Source of the DNA: Thiohalomonadaceae bacterium
Lineage (GTDB): Bacteria > Pseudomonadota > Gammaproteobacteria > Thiohalomonadales > Thiohalomonadaceae
Assembly (NCBI GenBank): GCA_041563315.1
Contig: JBFFNE010000003.1
Location: 6,764-70,763 of the forward strand
Direction of reading: 5' to 3'
Length of the DNA: 64,000 nucleotides
This document shows, piece after piece, positions 1 through 10,396 of this stretch. Within the stretch, counting starts at the first letter, position 1; each line of letters opens with the position of its first letter. Both the position numbers and the translations under genes were made by a program. Under the pieces are notes generated by a model. The model saw only the letters and a program-made list of their open reading frames with translations, searched no databases and was not told where the DNA came from.

Positions 1-38
1 CTTTTGATGTAAATGGATTATCGTTGTGGGAGACGTGA

Positions 39-54
39 TGGCATAGCGTTTGCT
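39..54 (+). promoter_or_regulatory. sigma-54 (-24/-12) promoter upstream of iscA-nifU-nifS
   Basis: TGGCAT-N5-TTGCT with GG-N10-GC spacing, 48 nt upstream of the ATG at 102. nif context. Confidence 0.65.
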
Positions 55-101
55 GTAAGCCTTGATAACAGGTAACTCAACCTACCCAAGGGGCGCAACA
101 G

Positions 102-425
102 ATGATCACGATAACGGATAAGGCAGCCAAGGCTGCATCACTTTTTATCAAGGGCTCCGACTCACCGACCGGTGGTTTGCGCATCGCTATCACTGGCGGT
201 GGCTGTTCCGGCTATACCTATAACCTTTCTATAGAAGCTGAGGCGAATGGTGAAGACACCGTGGTCGAGCATGGCAAAATCAAGGTGTTCCTTGACCCGG
301 CCAGTGCGCCACTGCTTGATGGGGTGACCATCGACTTCGTCGAAAGTCTCGACGGCTCCGGTTTCACTTTCATCAATCCCAATGCCTCGGCCTCCTGCGG
401 CTGCGGCAAATCTTTCTCTGCATAA
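102..425 (+). CDS. iscA: nif-associated IscA/HesB-type Fe-S cluster carrier
   Basis: 107 aa with GGGCSG and C-terminal SCGCGKSF cysteine motifs typical of A-type carriers. Sits directly upstream of nifU. Confidence 0.85.
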   Translation: MITITDKAAKAASLFIKGSDSPTGGLRIAITGGGCSGYTYNLSIEAEANGEDTVVEHGKIKVFLDPASAPLLDGVTIDFVESLDGSGFTFINPNASASCGCGKSFSA

Positions 426-441
426 CGGTCGGGGGTGCGGT

Positions 442-1335
442 ATGTGGGAATACTCTGAAAAGGTCAAGGAACACTTCTTTAATCCGCAAAACGCCGGTGC
501 TGTGCCAGAGGCCAACGGTATCGGTGAAGTCGGCTCCATCTCCTGTGGTGATGCGCTACGCCTGACGCTCAAGGTCGATCCTGAAACGGACGTGATCCTC
601 GAGGCGGGCTTCCAGACTTTCGGCTGCGGTTCCGCTATCGCTTCCTCCTCGGCGCTAACCGAGATGGTCAAGGGGATGACCCTGGATGAAGCGCTCAAAG
701 TGAGCAACCAGAATATCGCTGAGTTCCTCGATGGTCTGCCGCCAGAGAAGATGCACTGTTCAGTGATGGGGCGGGAGGCGCTGGAAGCCGCCATTGCCAA
801 TTATCGTGGTGAGGTGTGGAGCGATGATCACGAGGAGGGAGCGCTGATCTGCAAGTGCTTCGCGGTGGATGCGGTGATGATCGAGAAGGCAATTCGCGAG
901 AACGGTCTGACCACTGTCGAGGACGTTAGCAACTACACCAAGGCTGGAGGAGGCTGTTCCTCCTGTCATGAAGGAATAGAGGAGATCCTGGACCATGTGC
1001 TGGCTGAGGTTGCTGAGAGTGAGCCCGCTGACACTGTTGCGGCCGAACCCGTTGCCCCGGCCCCAAGCGGCGGCATGACTAACCTGCAGCGCATGCGCCG
1101 CATCGAGGAGATCCTCGAGGATATCCGGCCAATGCTGCAGCGCGACCACGGTGACGTGGAACTGGTCGACATCGACGGCAAAACGGTTTACGTCAACATG
1201 ATCGGCGCCTGCTCCGGTTGCCAGATGGCTTCGCTGACCCTCAACGGTATCCAGCAGAAGCTAATGGAGGAGCTGGGCGAGTTCATCAAGGTGGTGCCTG
1301 CCAGCCAGATGCCCAAATCCGTGATGGGAGCCTGA
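442..1335 (+). CDS. nifU: NifU Fe-S cluster scaffold
   Basis: N-terminal IscU-like domain ([18 protein letters not shown]), central Cys-rich domain, C-terminal NifU domain (GACSGCQMA). Start moved to the ATG at 442 ([12 protein letters not shown]); the tracked 382 start overlaps iscA. Confidence 0.95.
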   Translation: MWEYSEKVKEHFFNPQNAGAVPEANGIGEVGSISCGDALRLTLKVDPETDVILEAGFQTFGCGSAIASSSALTEMVKGMTLDEALKVSNQNIAEFLDGLPPEKMHCSVMGREALEAAIANYRGEVWSDDHEEGALICKCFAVDAVMIEKAIRENGLTTVEDVSNYTKAGGGCSSCHEGIEEILDHVLAEVAESEPADTVAAEPVAPAPSGGMTNLQRMRRIEEILEDIRPMLQRDHGDVELVDIDGKTVYVNMIGACSGCQMASLTLNGIQQKLMEELGEFIKVVPASQMPKSVMGA

Positions 1336-1339
1336 GAAT

Positions 1340-2548
1340 ATGTCCGATATCTATCTCGACAATAATGCCACCACCCGTGTTGATCCAGCCGTGGTGGAGG
1401 CGATGTTGCCTTACTTCTCCGAGCAGTTTGGCAACCCCTCATCCATGCACAGCTTTGGTGATCAAGTGGGGCGCGCCATCCGCGATGCTCGTCGCCAGGT
1501 GCAGGCGCTGCTTGGCGCAGAGCACGACTCGGAGGTGGTTTTCACTTCCTGTGGTACAGAGTCTGACAGTACCGCCATTCTCTCTGCGCTGAAGGCACAG
1601 CCAAATCGCCGCGAGATTATCACTACCGTGGTCGAACATCCGGCGGTGTTGACGTTGTGTGAGTTTCTGGAGAAGGACGGCTACACCGTGCACCGCCTCA
1701 AGGTGGATGAGAAGGGACGTCTGGACCTGAACGCCTACCGTGCATTACTCTCCGACCAGGTCGCCATTGTTTCGGTGATGTGGGCCAATAACGAGACCGG
1801 GACCATGTTCCCCGTGGTGGAGATGGCCGAGATGGCGCATGCCGCGGGGGTGATGTTCCACACCGATGCGGTGCAGGCGGTAGGCAAGATCCCACTGGAT
1901 CTGAAAAGCACGAAGATTGACATGCTGTCACTCTCCGGCCACAAACTGCATGCCCCCAAGGGTATCGGCGTACTCTACTTGCGCCGCGGCACGCGCTTTC
2001 GTCCACTGTTGCGTGGCGGCCACCAGGAGCGCGGTCGACGAGCCGGCACCGAGAACAGCGCTGCCATTGTCGCCTTGGGCAAGGCGTGTGAGCAGGCACA
2101 ACAGCATATGGCGGAGGAAAATACCCGGGTCAAGGCGATGCGTGACCGCCTTGAGCAAGGGATTCTCGGCACCGTGCCCAACGCCTTTGTTACCGGTGAC
2201 TTGGATAACCGTCTGCCCAATACCGCTAACATCGCCTTCGAATATATCGAGGGGGAGGGCATTTTGTTGATGCTCAACAAGGCGGGCATCGCCGCCTCGT
2301 CAGGTTCCGCCTGCACCTCAGGATCGCTGGAGCCCTCACACGTCATGAAAGCAATGGGCATTCCTTACACCGCCGCTCATGGTACGGTGCGGTTCTCACT
2401 TTCCCGCTACAACTCGATGGATGAGATCGAGCGGGTAATTGCCGCGGTGCCACCTATCGTGGAAAAACTTCGCCGGCTCTCGCCTTACTGGGGAGAGAAC
2501 GGCCCAGTGGAGGATCCGGAGCAGGCGTTTGTGCCGAATTACGCGTGA
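1340..2548 (+). CDS. nifS: NifS cysteine desulfurase
   Basis: 402 aa with PLP-lysine motif SGHKLHAPKG and active-site SSGSACTSG. Follows nifU by 4 nt. Confidence 0.95.
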   Translation: MSDIYLDNNATTRVDPAVVEAMLPYFSEQFGNPSSMHSFGDQVGRAIRDARRQVQALLGAEHDSEVVFTSCGTESDSTAILSALKAQPNRREIITTVVEHPAVLTLCEFLEKDGYTVHRLKVDEKGRLDLNAYRALLSDQVAIVSVMWANNETGTMFPVVEMAEMAHAAGVMFHTDAVQAVGKIPLDLKSTKIDMLSLSGHKLHAPKGIGVLYLRRGTRFRPLLRGGHQERGRRAGTENSAAIVALGKACEQAQQHMAEENTRVKAMRDRLEQGILGTVPNAFVTGDLDNRLPNTANIAFEYIEGEGILLMLNKAGIAASSGSACTSGSLEPSHVMKAMGIPYTAAHGTVRFSLSRYNSMDEIERVIAAVPPIVEKLRRLSPYWGENGPVEDPEQAFVPNYA

Positions 2549-2562
2549 GGGCGTAAGGATTA

Positions 2563-2676
2563 TCGGGCTTTAGCCCGACACAACGCAGGCTCTGTTCTGC
2601 CGGATTAAAGTCCGGCCCACCCAAAGGAAAGCCGCCGGAGGCACTATCGCTTATCCGCCCTGCCAGCTTTGGGTGG
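2563..2676. repeat. REP-like cluster of short palindromes after nifS
   Basis: Hairpins TCGGGCTTTAGCCCGA and CCGGATTAAAGTCCGG, and inverted repeat CACCCAAAG/CTTTGGGTG. CGCTTATCCGCCC resembles the GGATAAGC arms of the repeat at 24127-24200. Confidence 0.5.
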
Positions 2677-2822
2677 TTGCCGCCGTGCGTAGTTTGGGGT
2701 ACTGCCAAAAAAAGTACCTCACTGTGCGGGGGGGAGGGGGCGCGAAAACCCTCGCATTAAATTCTTCCGTCGCGATAGCGACTCACCAAATAACAATGCA
2801 CCCACTCCACTCCATTCAAAAA

Positions 2823-2838
2823 TGTGCTCTTTCCGACA
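2823..2838 (+). promoter_or_regulatory. NifA-type upstream activator sequence (TGT-N10-ACA)
   Basis: TGTGCTCTTTCCGACA, about 85 bp upstream of the -24/-12 element at 2912-2927. Confidence 0.55.
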
Positions 2839-2911
2839 AACCCTCCCGCCTCTGCACCAAACACGGCATTACCTATTCCGCTAAGTCATTGAATTGTCAC
2901 GGGACTGCTCT

Positions 2912-2927
2912 TGGCATGTGCGTTGCT
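2912..2927 (+). promoter_or_regulatory. sigma-54 (-24/-12) promoter upstream of nifV
   Basis: TGGCATGTGCGTTGCT gives exact GG-N10-GC spacing, 38 nt upstream of the nifV ATG. Confidence 0.7.
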
Positions 2928-2964
2928 ATAGAGAAAGCAAGAGCGTTCTCTATAGGAATGAACG

Positions 2965-4107
2965 ATGCACAACACCAAAGTCGTTATCGATGACACCACT
3001 TTGCGCGACGGCGAACAGACCGCGGGGGTTTCTTTCACCATTGAGGAAAAGTGCGCCATTGCCAATGCTCTCGATGTGCTTGGTGTGCAGGAACTGGAGA
3101 TCGGCATTCCTGCGATGGGCGCAGAGGAGCGCGAGGATATCCGTGCACTGGTTTCACTCGAACTTCGTGCCAACCTGCTGGTGTGGTGTCGGATGCGTGA
3201 TGATGATCTCAGCGCTTGTGCCGGCCTGGGCGTCCATCGTGTGGACCTCTCGATGCCGGTCTCTGATCAGCAGTTGCAGAAAAAACTGGGCAAGAATCGT
3301 AAGTGGGCACTGGAGGCTATCCAGCGCTATGTGAGCAAAGCACGCGACATGGGCCTTGCCGTTGGTGTGGGTGGTGAGGATGCCTCCCGGGCTGAGGACG
3401 ATTTTTTGCTGCGAGTGATGGCGGTGGCGCAGGAGGCCGGAGCCGATCGTTTCCGCTTCGCTGACACCGTCGGCATTATGGAACCTTTCGGTGTGTTTGA
3501 ACGTATCAGTCGTCTGCGTGCTTCCTCGGACATGGATATCGAGATGCATGCCCATGATGACTTGGGGCTTGCCACCGCTAACACCCTGGCTGCCATCCGT
3601 GCGGGTGCCAGCCATGTGAACACTACTGTCAACGGCCTCGGTGAACGTGCTGGCAATGCGGCTCTGGAAGAGGTCGTCATGGGGTTGAAGGTACTGTACG
3701 ACACCGACTGCGGTGTTGCCCTGCACAATTACTCCGAGGTATCGCAACTGGTCGCTACCGCATCAGGAAGGCCTTTGCCCTGGCACAAGAGTATCGTCGG
3801 CGCAGGGGTGTTTACTCATGAGTCAGGTATTCATGTGGATGGTCTGCTTAAGGATCCGTTGAACTATCAGGGGGTAGATCCTGCATCGGTTGGACGAGAG
3901 CACCGCCTGGTGCTTGGTAAGCACTCGGGAGCCAGTGCTGTGCTGCGTTTTTTTTCTGACATGGGAATCAATCTGAGCCGCGAACAGGCAGAGCTCCTGC
4001 TGCCGGGTATTCGACGCTTTGCCACACAGAACAAGCGATCGCCTTCCGCACACGAGCTGGAAGCTTTTTATACCAGCTTGTTCAGCGAGCCATTCCATGT
4101 TCATTGA
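2965..4107 (+). CDS. nifV: homocitrate synthase NifV
   Basis: 380 aa with HMGL-like motifs LRDGEQ and [13 protein letters not shown]. nif cluster context. Confidence 0.9.
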   Translation: MHNTKVVIDDTTLRDGEQTAGVSFTIEEKCAIANALDVLGVQELEIGIPAMGAEEREDIRALVSLELRANLLVWCRMRDDDLSACAGLGVHRVDLSMPVSDQQLQKKLGKNRKWALEAIQRYVSKARDMGLAVGVGGEDASRAEDDFLLRVMAVAQEAGADRFRFADTVGIMEPFGVFERISRLRASSDMDIEMHAHDDLGLATANTLAAIRAGASHVNTTVNGLGERAGNAALEEVVMGLKVLYDTDCGVALHNYSEVSQLVATASGRPLPWHKSIVGAGVFTHESGIHVDGLLKDPLNYQGVDPASVGREHRLVLGKHSGASAVLRFFSDMGINLSREQAELLLPGIRRFATQNKRSPSAHELEAFYTSLFSEPFHVH

Positions 4108-4120
4108 GCAGAATGAAAAT

Positions 4121-4885
4121 ATGTCGAAAACGCTCGATACATTGGGGCTGTTTGGCCACATTACAGAAGACATTAGTTGCGTTTTCGAGCGTGATCCAGC
4201 TGCACGCTCGCGTCTTGAGGTACTAACGACCTACCCTGGTGTACACGCGATCCTTTGGCATCGCCTGGCACACCGACTTTGGCGGTGGCGTCTACGTTAT
4301 ACCGCCAGAATCGTTGCCTACGTCTCACGCCTGCTGACCAATATCGACATTCATCCGGGCGCACAGATTGGACGTCGTTTCTTCATTGATCACGGAGCAG
4401 GCGTGGTAATCGGTGAGACAGCAATGATCGGAAACGACGTCACGCTTTATCATGGCGTTACCCTTGGCGGCACCACCTGGAATAAGGGTAAACGCCACCC
4501 GACGCTCGAGGATGGAGTGATGATCGGCGCCGGTGCCAAAATTCTCGGCGCCATCACTTTGGGAAGGAATGTACGTGTTGGCGCCAACTCGGTGGTAGTG
4601 AACGATGTGCCCGCAGCGCGCTCGGTAGTCGGTATTCCCGGACGTATCGTTAAACGTGAAAACGAAAACCTTTCGGTCCTGCCAGGAATCGATTTGGATC
4701 ATCATCTGATTCCTGACCCAGTCGGCCGTGCGATTGCCTGTCTGCTACAGCGTATCGACGTTCTCGAACAACAACTAAACCAACATGAGCGCGATGAGTG
4801 CACCGCTTGTGGCGATGATCGCCTGTGCGAAGCGCCGGCTTTCGACAGCTATGGAAATCCACTCAAGCGCAGCACGGAGAGATAA
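4121..4885 (+). CDS. cysE: serine O-acetyltransferase (nif-linked CysE)
   Basis: Hexapeptide-repeat region [28 protein letters not shown]. The nifV-cysE-nifW order is known from other nif clusters. Start could be the ATG at 4097 or 4121; the tracked 4019 start overlaps nifV. Confidence 0.85.
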   Translation: MSKTLDTLGLFGHITEDISCVFERDPAARSRLEVLTTYPGVHAILWHRLAHRLWRWRLRYTARIVAYVSRLLTNIDIHPGAQIGRRFFIDHGAGVVIGETAMIGNDVTLYHGVTLGGTTWNKGKRHPTLEDGVMIGAGAKILGAITLGRNVRVGANSVVVNDVPAARSVVGIPGRIVKRENENLSVLPGIDLDHHLIPDPVGRAIACLLQRIDVLEQQLNQHERDECTACGDDRLCEAPAFDSYGNPLKRSTER

Positions 4886-4888
4886 GTT

Positions 4889-5395
4889 ATGGACCTGCTC
4901 GATCTGGACGGACAGCAACTCTATTTTGAAGAGCCGATGCCAGAGAAAGTATCGCAACTGCTGATGCAGGCGGCCGCTGCCTATGGTGATGGCCAGGCAG
5001 AGGGACTGTTGTTGCGTGCCTTTCTCTATGCACCGGACAATCTTAGTGTGCTTGTCGCACTCTATCGCACCTATTACTACCAGCACCGTCTTGACGAGGC
5101 GAGCCAGGTTGCCAGACGCGCTTTGCAGGTCGTTGCTGAACGGCTCGATTTTCCTGCCGACTGGCGCCAGGTGGATGATGCCGAGCTTAGCCATGCAGTA
5201 CTCAAGTCAATGGGGCTGGTGAGGTTCTACCTGCTGACTCTCAAGGCCGAGGCCTATCTCTACCTGCGGGTAGGTCAACTGGAACAGGGAAGGGAGCGCT
5301 TGCGCAAAGTCGCGGAACTCGATCCGTCCGATCACTTCGGCGCCAGCGCACTGCTGGAGATGCTGACGCGTTGTGAGATTCCTTCACTGGTATGA
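4889..5395 (+). CDS. hypothetical helical (TPR-like) protein in the nif cluster
   Basis: 168-aa ORF starting 4 nt after cysE, on the same strand. Has a helical-repeat-like segment (AYLYLRVGQLEQGRERLRKVAELDP). I recognise no family. Confidence 0.5.
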   Translation: MDLLDLDGQQLYFEEPMPEKVSQLLMQAAAAYGDGQAEGLLLRAFLYAPDNLSVLVALYRTYYYQHRLDEASQVARRALQVVAERLDFPADWRQVDDAELSHAVLKSMGLVRFYLLTLKAEAYLYLRVGQLEQGRERLRKVAELDPSDHFGASALLEMLTRCEIPSLV

Positions 5396-5493
5396 ACAAG
5401 CGGGAGCTGTGTCCCCTTGGGCTGATGAATTAATTATAGGAGCTGAGCCCGCGCAGAGTGGGCTTCTGCAAGGTTGTTTCAACGGAGGTTACG

Positions 5494-5820
5494 ATGGATA
5501 TGAATGATTTTATCGATGAGCTTGAAGATCTGGTCTCCGCTGAGGATTTTCTCGACTATTTTGACATTCTTTACGATGAGCGTGTGGTGAAGGTTAGTCG
5601 CCTGCATATCTTGCAGCGTTTTCACAACTACCTCGCTGCTGCCAGAATGCCGCTTGAGGTTGATGCACAACGCGCCGTCTATGTTGCATCACTGACTCAG
5701 GCCTATCAGGATTTCGTCAAATCCGATGCAAGAACGGAGAAGGTGTTGAGGGTTTATCAAAAAAGCAGCGGAACGAGTTTTGTCTCAGTAGACAAGCTGC
5801 TTGGAGGTGCGCATGAGTGA
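5494..5820 (+). CDS. nifW: nitrogenase-stabilising/protective protein NifW
   Basis: MDMNDFIDELEDLVSAEDFLDYFDI...LHILQRF resembles NifW. GGAGG lies 5 nt upstream of the ATG at 5494. Confidence 0.85.
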   Translation: MDMNDFIDELEDLVSAEDFLDYFDILYDERVVKVSRLHILQRFHNYLAAARMPLEVDAQRAVYVASLTQAYQDFVKSDARTEKVLRVYQKSSGTSFVSVDKLLGGAHE

Positions 5821-6283
5821 GACTATTTTCGATTATGGTCATGAGGTCCGGGTGATTCGTAATATCCGTAACGACGGGACCTATCCCGGTGAGAAGACCG
5901 GGAATTTGCTGGTGCGCCGCGGTAGTGTTGGCTATGTGCGCAGCCGTGGCACCTTTCTGCAGGATCAGGTGATCTATGAGGTGCATTTCATGACAGAGGG
6001 AAAACTGATCGGCTGTCGTGAGGAGGAACTGATCGACGCCGAAGCTGAATGGATCCCAAGCCGTTTTGAGTTTCGCGAACAGGTCAAGAGCAAAATGCGT
6101 CTCAGTGTTCATGGTGAAATTATTGCCGAGATCGGTGATGTGGGCCAAGTCATCAAAGTGCTCCGCCACCACGAGGGTGGTGTTGCCTACCATGTCCGTT
6201 TTCCCGGACGCACATTGCTGGTGCCTGAGACTTCACTCGATAGCGTGGAGCTGCCGCAAGCTGTTGCCGAAACAATTGAATGA
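5813..6283 (+). CDS. nifZ: NifZ
   Basis: FDYGHEVRVIRNIRNDGTYPG NifZ signature. ATGA start/stop overlap with nifW. Confidence 0.85.
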   Translation: MSETIFDYGHEVRVIRNIRNDGTYPGEKTGNLLVRRGSVGYVRSRGTFLQDQVIYEVHFMTEGKLIGCREEELIDAEAEWIPSRFEFREQVKSKMRLSVHGEIIAEIGDVGQVIKVLRHHEGGVAYHVRFPGRTLLVPETSLDSVELPQAVAETIE

Positions 6284-7143
6284 TCGTTATGAGTACGATG
6301 ATGAAACCGCAGCATGAGTCAGCTGAGAACAATTACGCCATGCTGCGTGTCGCCAACGAGTTGTTCGGCAAGTCACCCGCTTCCCTTTCAGCGGATGAGC
6401 GTGACAAGGTGCAGCAGCAGGTCAATCGCGAGTTGGCCATTGGCAAACAGGTACTGGTGGCTAAAGAGACGGTGGAGATACTCGTGCCTGAGTCAGTCGT
6501 CATACAGGCTATCGACTCCCTGGAAATGCGTTACGATAGCGAGGAGGATTTTCTTCAGGTACTGGAAGACAACGGCCTTGATCGAAACCGTCTCTATCAG
6601 GCGCTGTATTACGAACTCAGGGTTGAGGCGGCGCTGGAGAGGATCATCGCTGAAAGAGCGCTGGTCAGTGATGCCGAAGCGGAAATCTACTATCTGCAGC
6701 ATTTGGATAAATTTGAACTCCCAGAAACACGCACCGCACGTCATATCCTCATCACCATCAACGACGAGTACGATGAGAATCGTCGTGAGCGGGCTATACA
6801 GCGAATGAGTGAGTTACGGGATCTGCTGCGGCAAGGGACTGGAGAATTTGCAACACTGGCAGTCCGCTACTCGGAATGTCCGACGGCATTACAGGAAGGG
6901 CTGCTTGGACGAATTAAACCTGGACAGCTTTACCCGGAACTTGATGATTACCTGTTTGCGATGGCGGAGGGGAAACTCAGTGACATCATTGAATCTCCCG
7001 TGGGTTTGCATATCTTGTTGTGCGAGCAGATCCACGCCGCGGAGCGGCGAAGTTTCGATGAAGTCAAGGACAAACTGCGCGAGCATCTGGAAGCGAAGAA
7101 GCGCAAACGGCTACTGCGTGAGTGGTTTTTGCGGAGAAGTTGA
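6280..7143 (+). CDS. nifM: NifM (PpiC-type peptidyl-prolyl isomerase for the Fe protein)
   Basis: C-terminal parvulin domain (ARHILITIN...SPVGLHILLCE). ATGA overlap with nifZ. Confidence 0.8.
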   Translation: MIVMSTMMKPQHESAENNYAMLRVANELFGKSPASLSADERDKVQQQVNRELAIGKQVLVAKETVEILVPESVVIQAIDSLEMRYDSEEDFLQVLEDNGLDRNRLYQALYYELRVEAALERIIAERALVSDAEAEIYYLQHLDKFELPETRTARHILITINDEYDENRRERAIQRMSELRDLLRQGTGEFATLAVRYSECPTALQEGLLGRIKPGQLYPELDDYLFAMAEGKLSDIIESPVGLHILLCEQIHAAERRSFDEVKDKLREHLEAKKRKRLLREWFLRRS

Positions 7144-7266
7144 ACCGTCTCTTACGGGGTGCCGCGTCCTGAAGCGCTGGCATTATCCTCGTTCAGGATG
7201 TATGGTTAGCTTAAACTCGTACGCGCGCATGCCGTAAACTTTATTTATAATAATACAGTTATAGTT

Positions 7267-10095
7267 ATGAATGGTGGCCTGCATAGCGATGGGGAAAGGA
7301 CACCCGAACTGCTATCGCTTTTCCTGAAAGATATTCCCTATGCCATTGCCGTTTTTGATACGGAAATGCGCTATGTCGCTTACAGCCAATGTTGGCTGGA
7401 TGACTATCACCTTCCCCAGCAATCCCTCATCGGGCGCACCCACTATGAGGTGTTCCCTGAAATCAACGACGAATGGAATCAGATACATCGGCGATGTCTT
7501 GCCGGTGAGATTCTGTCGCGGGTTGATGATCCTTTTGTTAGAGACGATGGACGAATCGACTATGTTACCTGGAAGATCATACCCAGAGAGGGTGACGATG
7601 GGAGTGTGGTTGGTATCGTCATGTATACCAAGGTTTCAACTCCCCAGGTCATTGCTGAGAAGACAAATAGGGAATACGAGCACGAATTACGCATCCTGCT
7701 TGAATCCACCAAAGCCGTTCCATGGCGCATGGATTACCTGAGCGGAGAATTTACCTACATGGGTTCGCAGGTCGAGGAACTGCTCGGTTATCCGGCGAAC
7801 TCATGGAAGAGCCTGGAAACCTGGGCCTCCCGCATCCACCCGGAAGATCGTGAGAGTGCTGTCGCATTGTGTCAGGAAAAAGCAGCGGAAGGGTGTGATC
7901 ACGATTTTGAGTACCGCACGATTTCCGCATCGGGTGATACCGTCTGGCTTCGTGACGTTGTTTCCGTAACCAAGGACGAGCAGGGGAGTGTTATTGCCCT
8001 GGTCGGCCTGTTTTTGGATATCAGTGGACAAAAAGCATCGGAAGAGTGCCTCCGTGCGAGCAAAACACAGTATCACTCGGTCATAGAAACTTCTGGTGAC
8101 GGGTTTTGGCTGACCGACAGCCGGGGATTCATTCTCGAAACCAATGATGCCTATTCAAGGCTTTCGGGCTATAGCAAGGAAGATCTCGTGGGTATGCATG
8201 TCAGCGACCTCGATGCGCAGGAACAGTCGGAGGAGACGGCTGAGCACATTGAAAAGATTATCCGTACAGGCAGCGATCTGTTTGAAACTACACATCGCAA
8301 GAAATCCGGCGAGATCTGGCATGTCGAAATCAGCACCAGCTTCACTTACTCATCCGGAGGTCTTTTCTTTGTCTTTTCCCGGGATATAACAGAACGCAAA
8401 CGGACACAACAGGAACTGCGCCTAATCGCTGAAATATTTGAGAATACGAGTGAAGGAATTGTGATTACTGACCCTGAGGGTGTCATCGTCAACGTCAACA
8501 ATGCCTACTGTGCAATTACTGGCTACAGTGCAGAGGAAATGATTGGCGCAATGCCTAGTAAGATAAAATCAGACAGGCATGATAAGGGCTTTTACAAGGG
8601 AATGTGGAAGAGCATCACGGAAAACGGCTTTTGGGTTGGCGAGATCTGGGACCGGCGCAAGAGTGGCGAGGTATTTCCCAAGTGGCTTAGCATTAATGCC
8701 ATTCATGACGAAAATGGTAAATTGAGCCACTATGTCGGCACCTTCTCCGATATCACTGTGTTGAAGGGGATCGAGCAAGAACTCGAGCAGATGGCCTACC
8801 ACGATCCCCTGACCAAACTGCCCAATCGCGTTTTGTTCAAGGATCGCCTTGAAACGGAAATCGCACGGTGTAAGCGGTATGGTTATCAATGTGCCCTGCT
8901 GTTCCTTGATCTTGACCAATTCAAACTGGTCAATGATACGTTGGGCCACGCGGTCGGCGATGAGCTGTTGGTTAATGTGGCACACTGTATACAGAAGATG
9001 GTACGCGCTAATGACACTGTTGCCAGGATGGGTGGCGATGAATTTACCATTTTGTTGACGAGGCTCAATAACACCGACGCGGCGGCAACTATGGCTCAAA
9101 GTGTTATTGATGAGCTGCTGAAGCCGATAAACCTTATGAATGAAGAGATTCGGGTTGGGGGAAGTATTGGGATCGCTATTTATCCCGATGATGGGAAAGA
9201 TTTCTCGACCCTGACACGCCATGCTGATGCCGCCATGTACGTGGTAAAATCAAGGGGTAGGGGACACTACCATTTTTATTCCGAGGATATGGAACGGAGT
9301 GCGCAGGAACATCTCAAGCTAAAGCGTGATCTTTACCATGCCATTGAGCAGCAGCAGTTTTTCCTTGTTTTCCAGCCGCAGGTTGATGCCAACAACGGTC
9401 GTACGGTGCGTTGTGAAGCACTTATTCGCTGGCAACACCCTGTGTGGGGCTTGGTGCCACCGGACAAGTTCATCCCTATCGCTGAAGACGGCGGCTTGAT
9501 CTTGCCTATTGGTGACTGGGTAATTCGAGAGGTGTGCAAACAACTCCAATTATGGCAGGCGAACGATGTCGAAATACCGGCTGTCGCCATTAATCTCTCA
9601 GCGCGTCAGTTCAGACAGGATGGGCTGGTTGAGCGCATTATCGCAATACTGGATGAGTATCAGGTGCCGGTCGAACTTATCGAGTTTGAGATCACCGAAA
9701 CCGTGGCTATGGAGAATGCCGAGTCCACCATGAGGCGCCTTTCAGCTCTGGCAGCACGAGGTTTTTCTATCGCCATTGATGACTTTGGTGCCGGCTATTC
9801 ATCACTAAGTTATCTCAAGACCTTTCAGGTCAACAAGCTCAAACTGGACCGCTCCTTCGTCAGGGATATTCCAGACGACGGAAATGATGCGGCGATCTCA
9901 TCGGCAGTGATTCAGATGGCCAATAGCCTCGGACTCGAGGTGGTGGCCGAGGGGGTAGAAACTGGAGAGCAGAGGGACTTTTTGCTTTCTCAGGGGTGCC
10001 GTATTATGCAGGGGTATCTTTTTAGCAAGCCGCTCTCTGCAGATGATTATACGGAACACTTTACTCGGCAATGCCGTGCGCGAGAGATTTCCTGA
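7267..10095 (+). CDS. multi-PAS GGDEF/EAL c-di-GMP turnover protein
   Basis: 942 aa with several PAS/PAC-like segments, an intact GGDEF (RMGGDEFTILL) and an EAL domain (CEALIRW, DDFGAGYSSL). Confidence 0.9.
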   Translation: MNGGLHSDGERTPELLSLFLKDIPYAIAVFDTEMRYVAYSQCWLDDYHLPQQSLIGRTHYEVFPEINDEWNQIHRRCLAGEILSRVDDPFVRDDGRIDYVTWKIIPREGDDGSVVGIVMYTKVSTPQVIAEKTNREYEHELRILLESTKAVPWRMDYLSGEFTYMGSQVEELLGYPANSWKSLETWASRIHPEDRESAVALCQEKAAEGCDHDFEYRTISASGDTVWLRDVVSVTKDEQGSVIALVGLFLDISGQKASEECLRASKTQYHSVIETSGDGFWLTDSRGFILETNDAYSRLSGYSKEDLVGMHVSDLDAQEQSEETAEHIEKIIRTGSDLFETTHRKKSGEIWHVEISTSFTYSSGGLFFVFSRDITERKRTQQELRLIAEIFENTSEGIVITDPEGVIVNVNNAYCAITGYSAEEMIGAMPSKIKSDRHDKGFYKGMWKSITENGFWVGEIWDRRKSGEVFPKWLSINAIHDENGKLSHYVGTFSDITVLKGIEQELEQMAYHDPLTKLPNRVLFKDRLETEIARCKRYGYQCALLFLDLDQFKLVNDTLGHAVGDELLVNVAHCIQKMVRANDTVARMGGDEFTILLTRLNNTDAAATMAQSVIDELLKPINLMNEEIRVGGSIGIAIYPDDGKDFSTLTRHADAAMYVVKSRGRGHYHFYSEDMERSAQEHLKLKRDLYHAIEQQQFFLVFQPQVDANNGRTVRCEALIRWQHPVWGLVPPDKFIPIAEDGGLILPIGDWVIREVCKQLQLWQANDVEIPAVAINLSARQFRQDGLVERIIAILDEYQVPVELIEFEITETVAMENAESTMRRLSALAARGFSIAIDDFGAGYSSLSYLKTFQVNKLKLDRSFVRDIPDDGNDAAISSAVIQMANSLGLEVVAEGVETGEQRDFLLSQGCRIMQGYLFSKPLSADDYTEHFTRQCRAREIS

Positions 10096-10396
10096 ACAGC
10101 CGCTGTTCGACTGACGACAGTCTGCTGGTTGGTGTCCGCTGGGAGAGATGGTCTCTTGAACCACCTTTTCCAAGGATGGAGGAATGGAAGGAGGTTGCTT
10201 CCATAATTACCTGGTTAGCCAAATTTTCCCTGCGCTAAAGTTTGACCGACGCACTTTTCCGATATGCGGGGACGGTTTAAGTGAGCTTTCTCCTCACACT
10301 GCCATCTTTCCTCGGTTCGGCATACAATGGCCTCAATCTTACTGCTCGTATTATGCAGGCGGGCAGGCCGCTAAATCTTCATCCAGTGAGTTATCC

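Noticed and set aside
2673-2993. 106-aa ORF between nifS and nifV, and the 5' extensions of tracked ORFs at 382, 4019, 10184, 29711, 31824, 33639 and 36382.
   Set aside because: The 2673 ORF runs through REP-like repeats, the NifA UAS and the sigma-54 promoter, and it is not protein-like. The extended starts overlap upstream genes or repeats, and internal ATGs with better SD sequences and family-consistent N-termini exist.
10185-10199. Sigma-54-like TGGAAGGAGGTTGCT upstream of the dehydrogenase gene.
   Set aside because: The GG-to-GC spacing is 9 nt rather than 10, and the -24 region departs from TGGCAC. It is not credible as a -24/-12 promoter without data.
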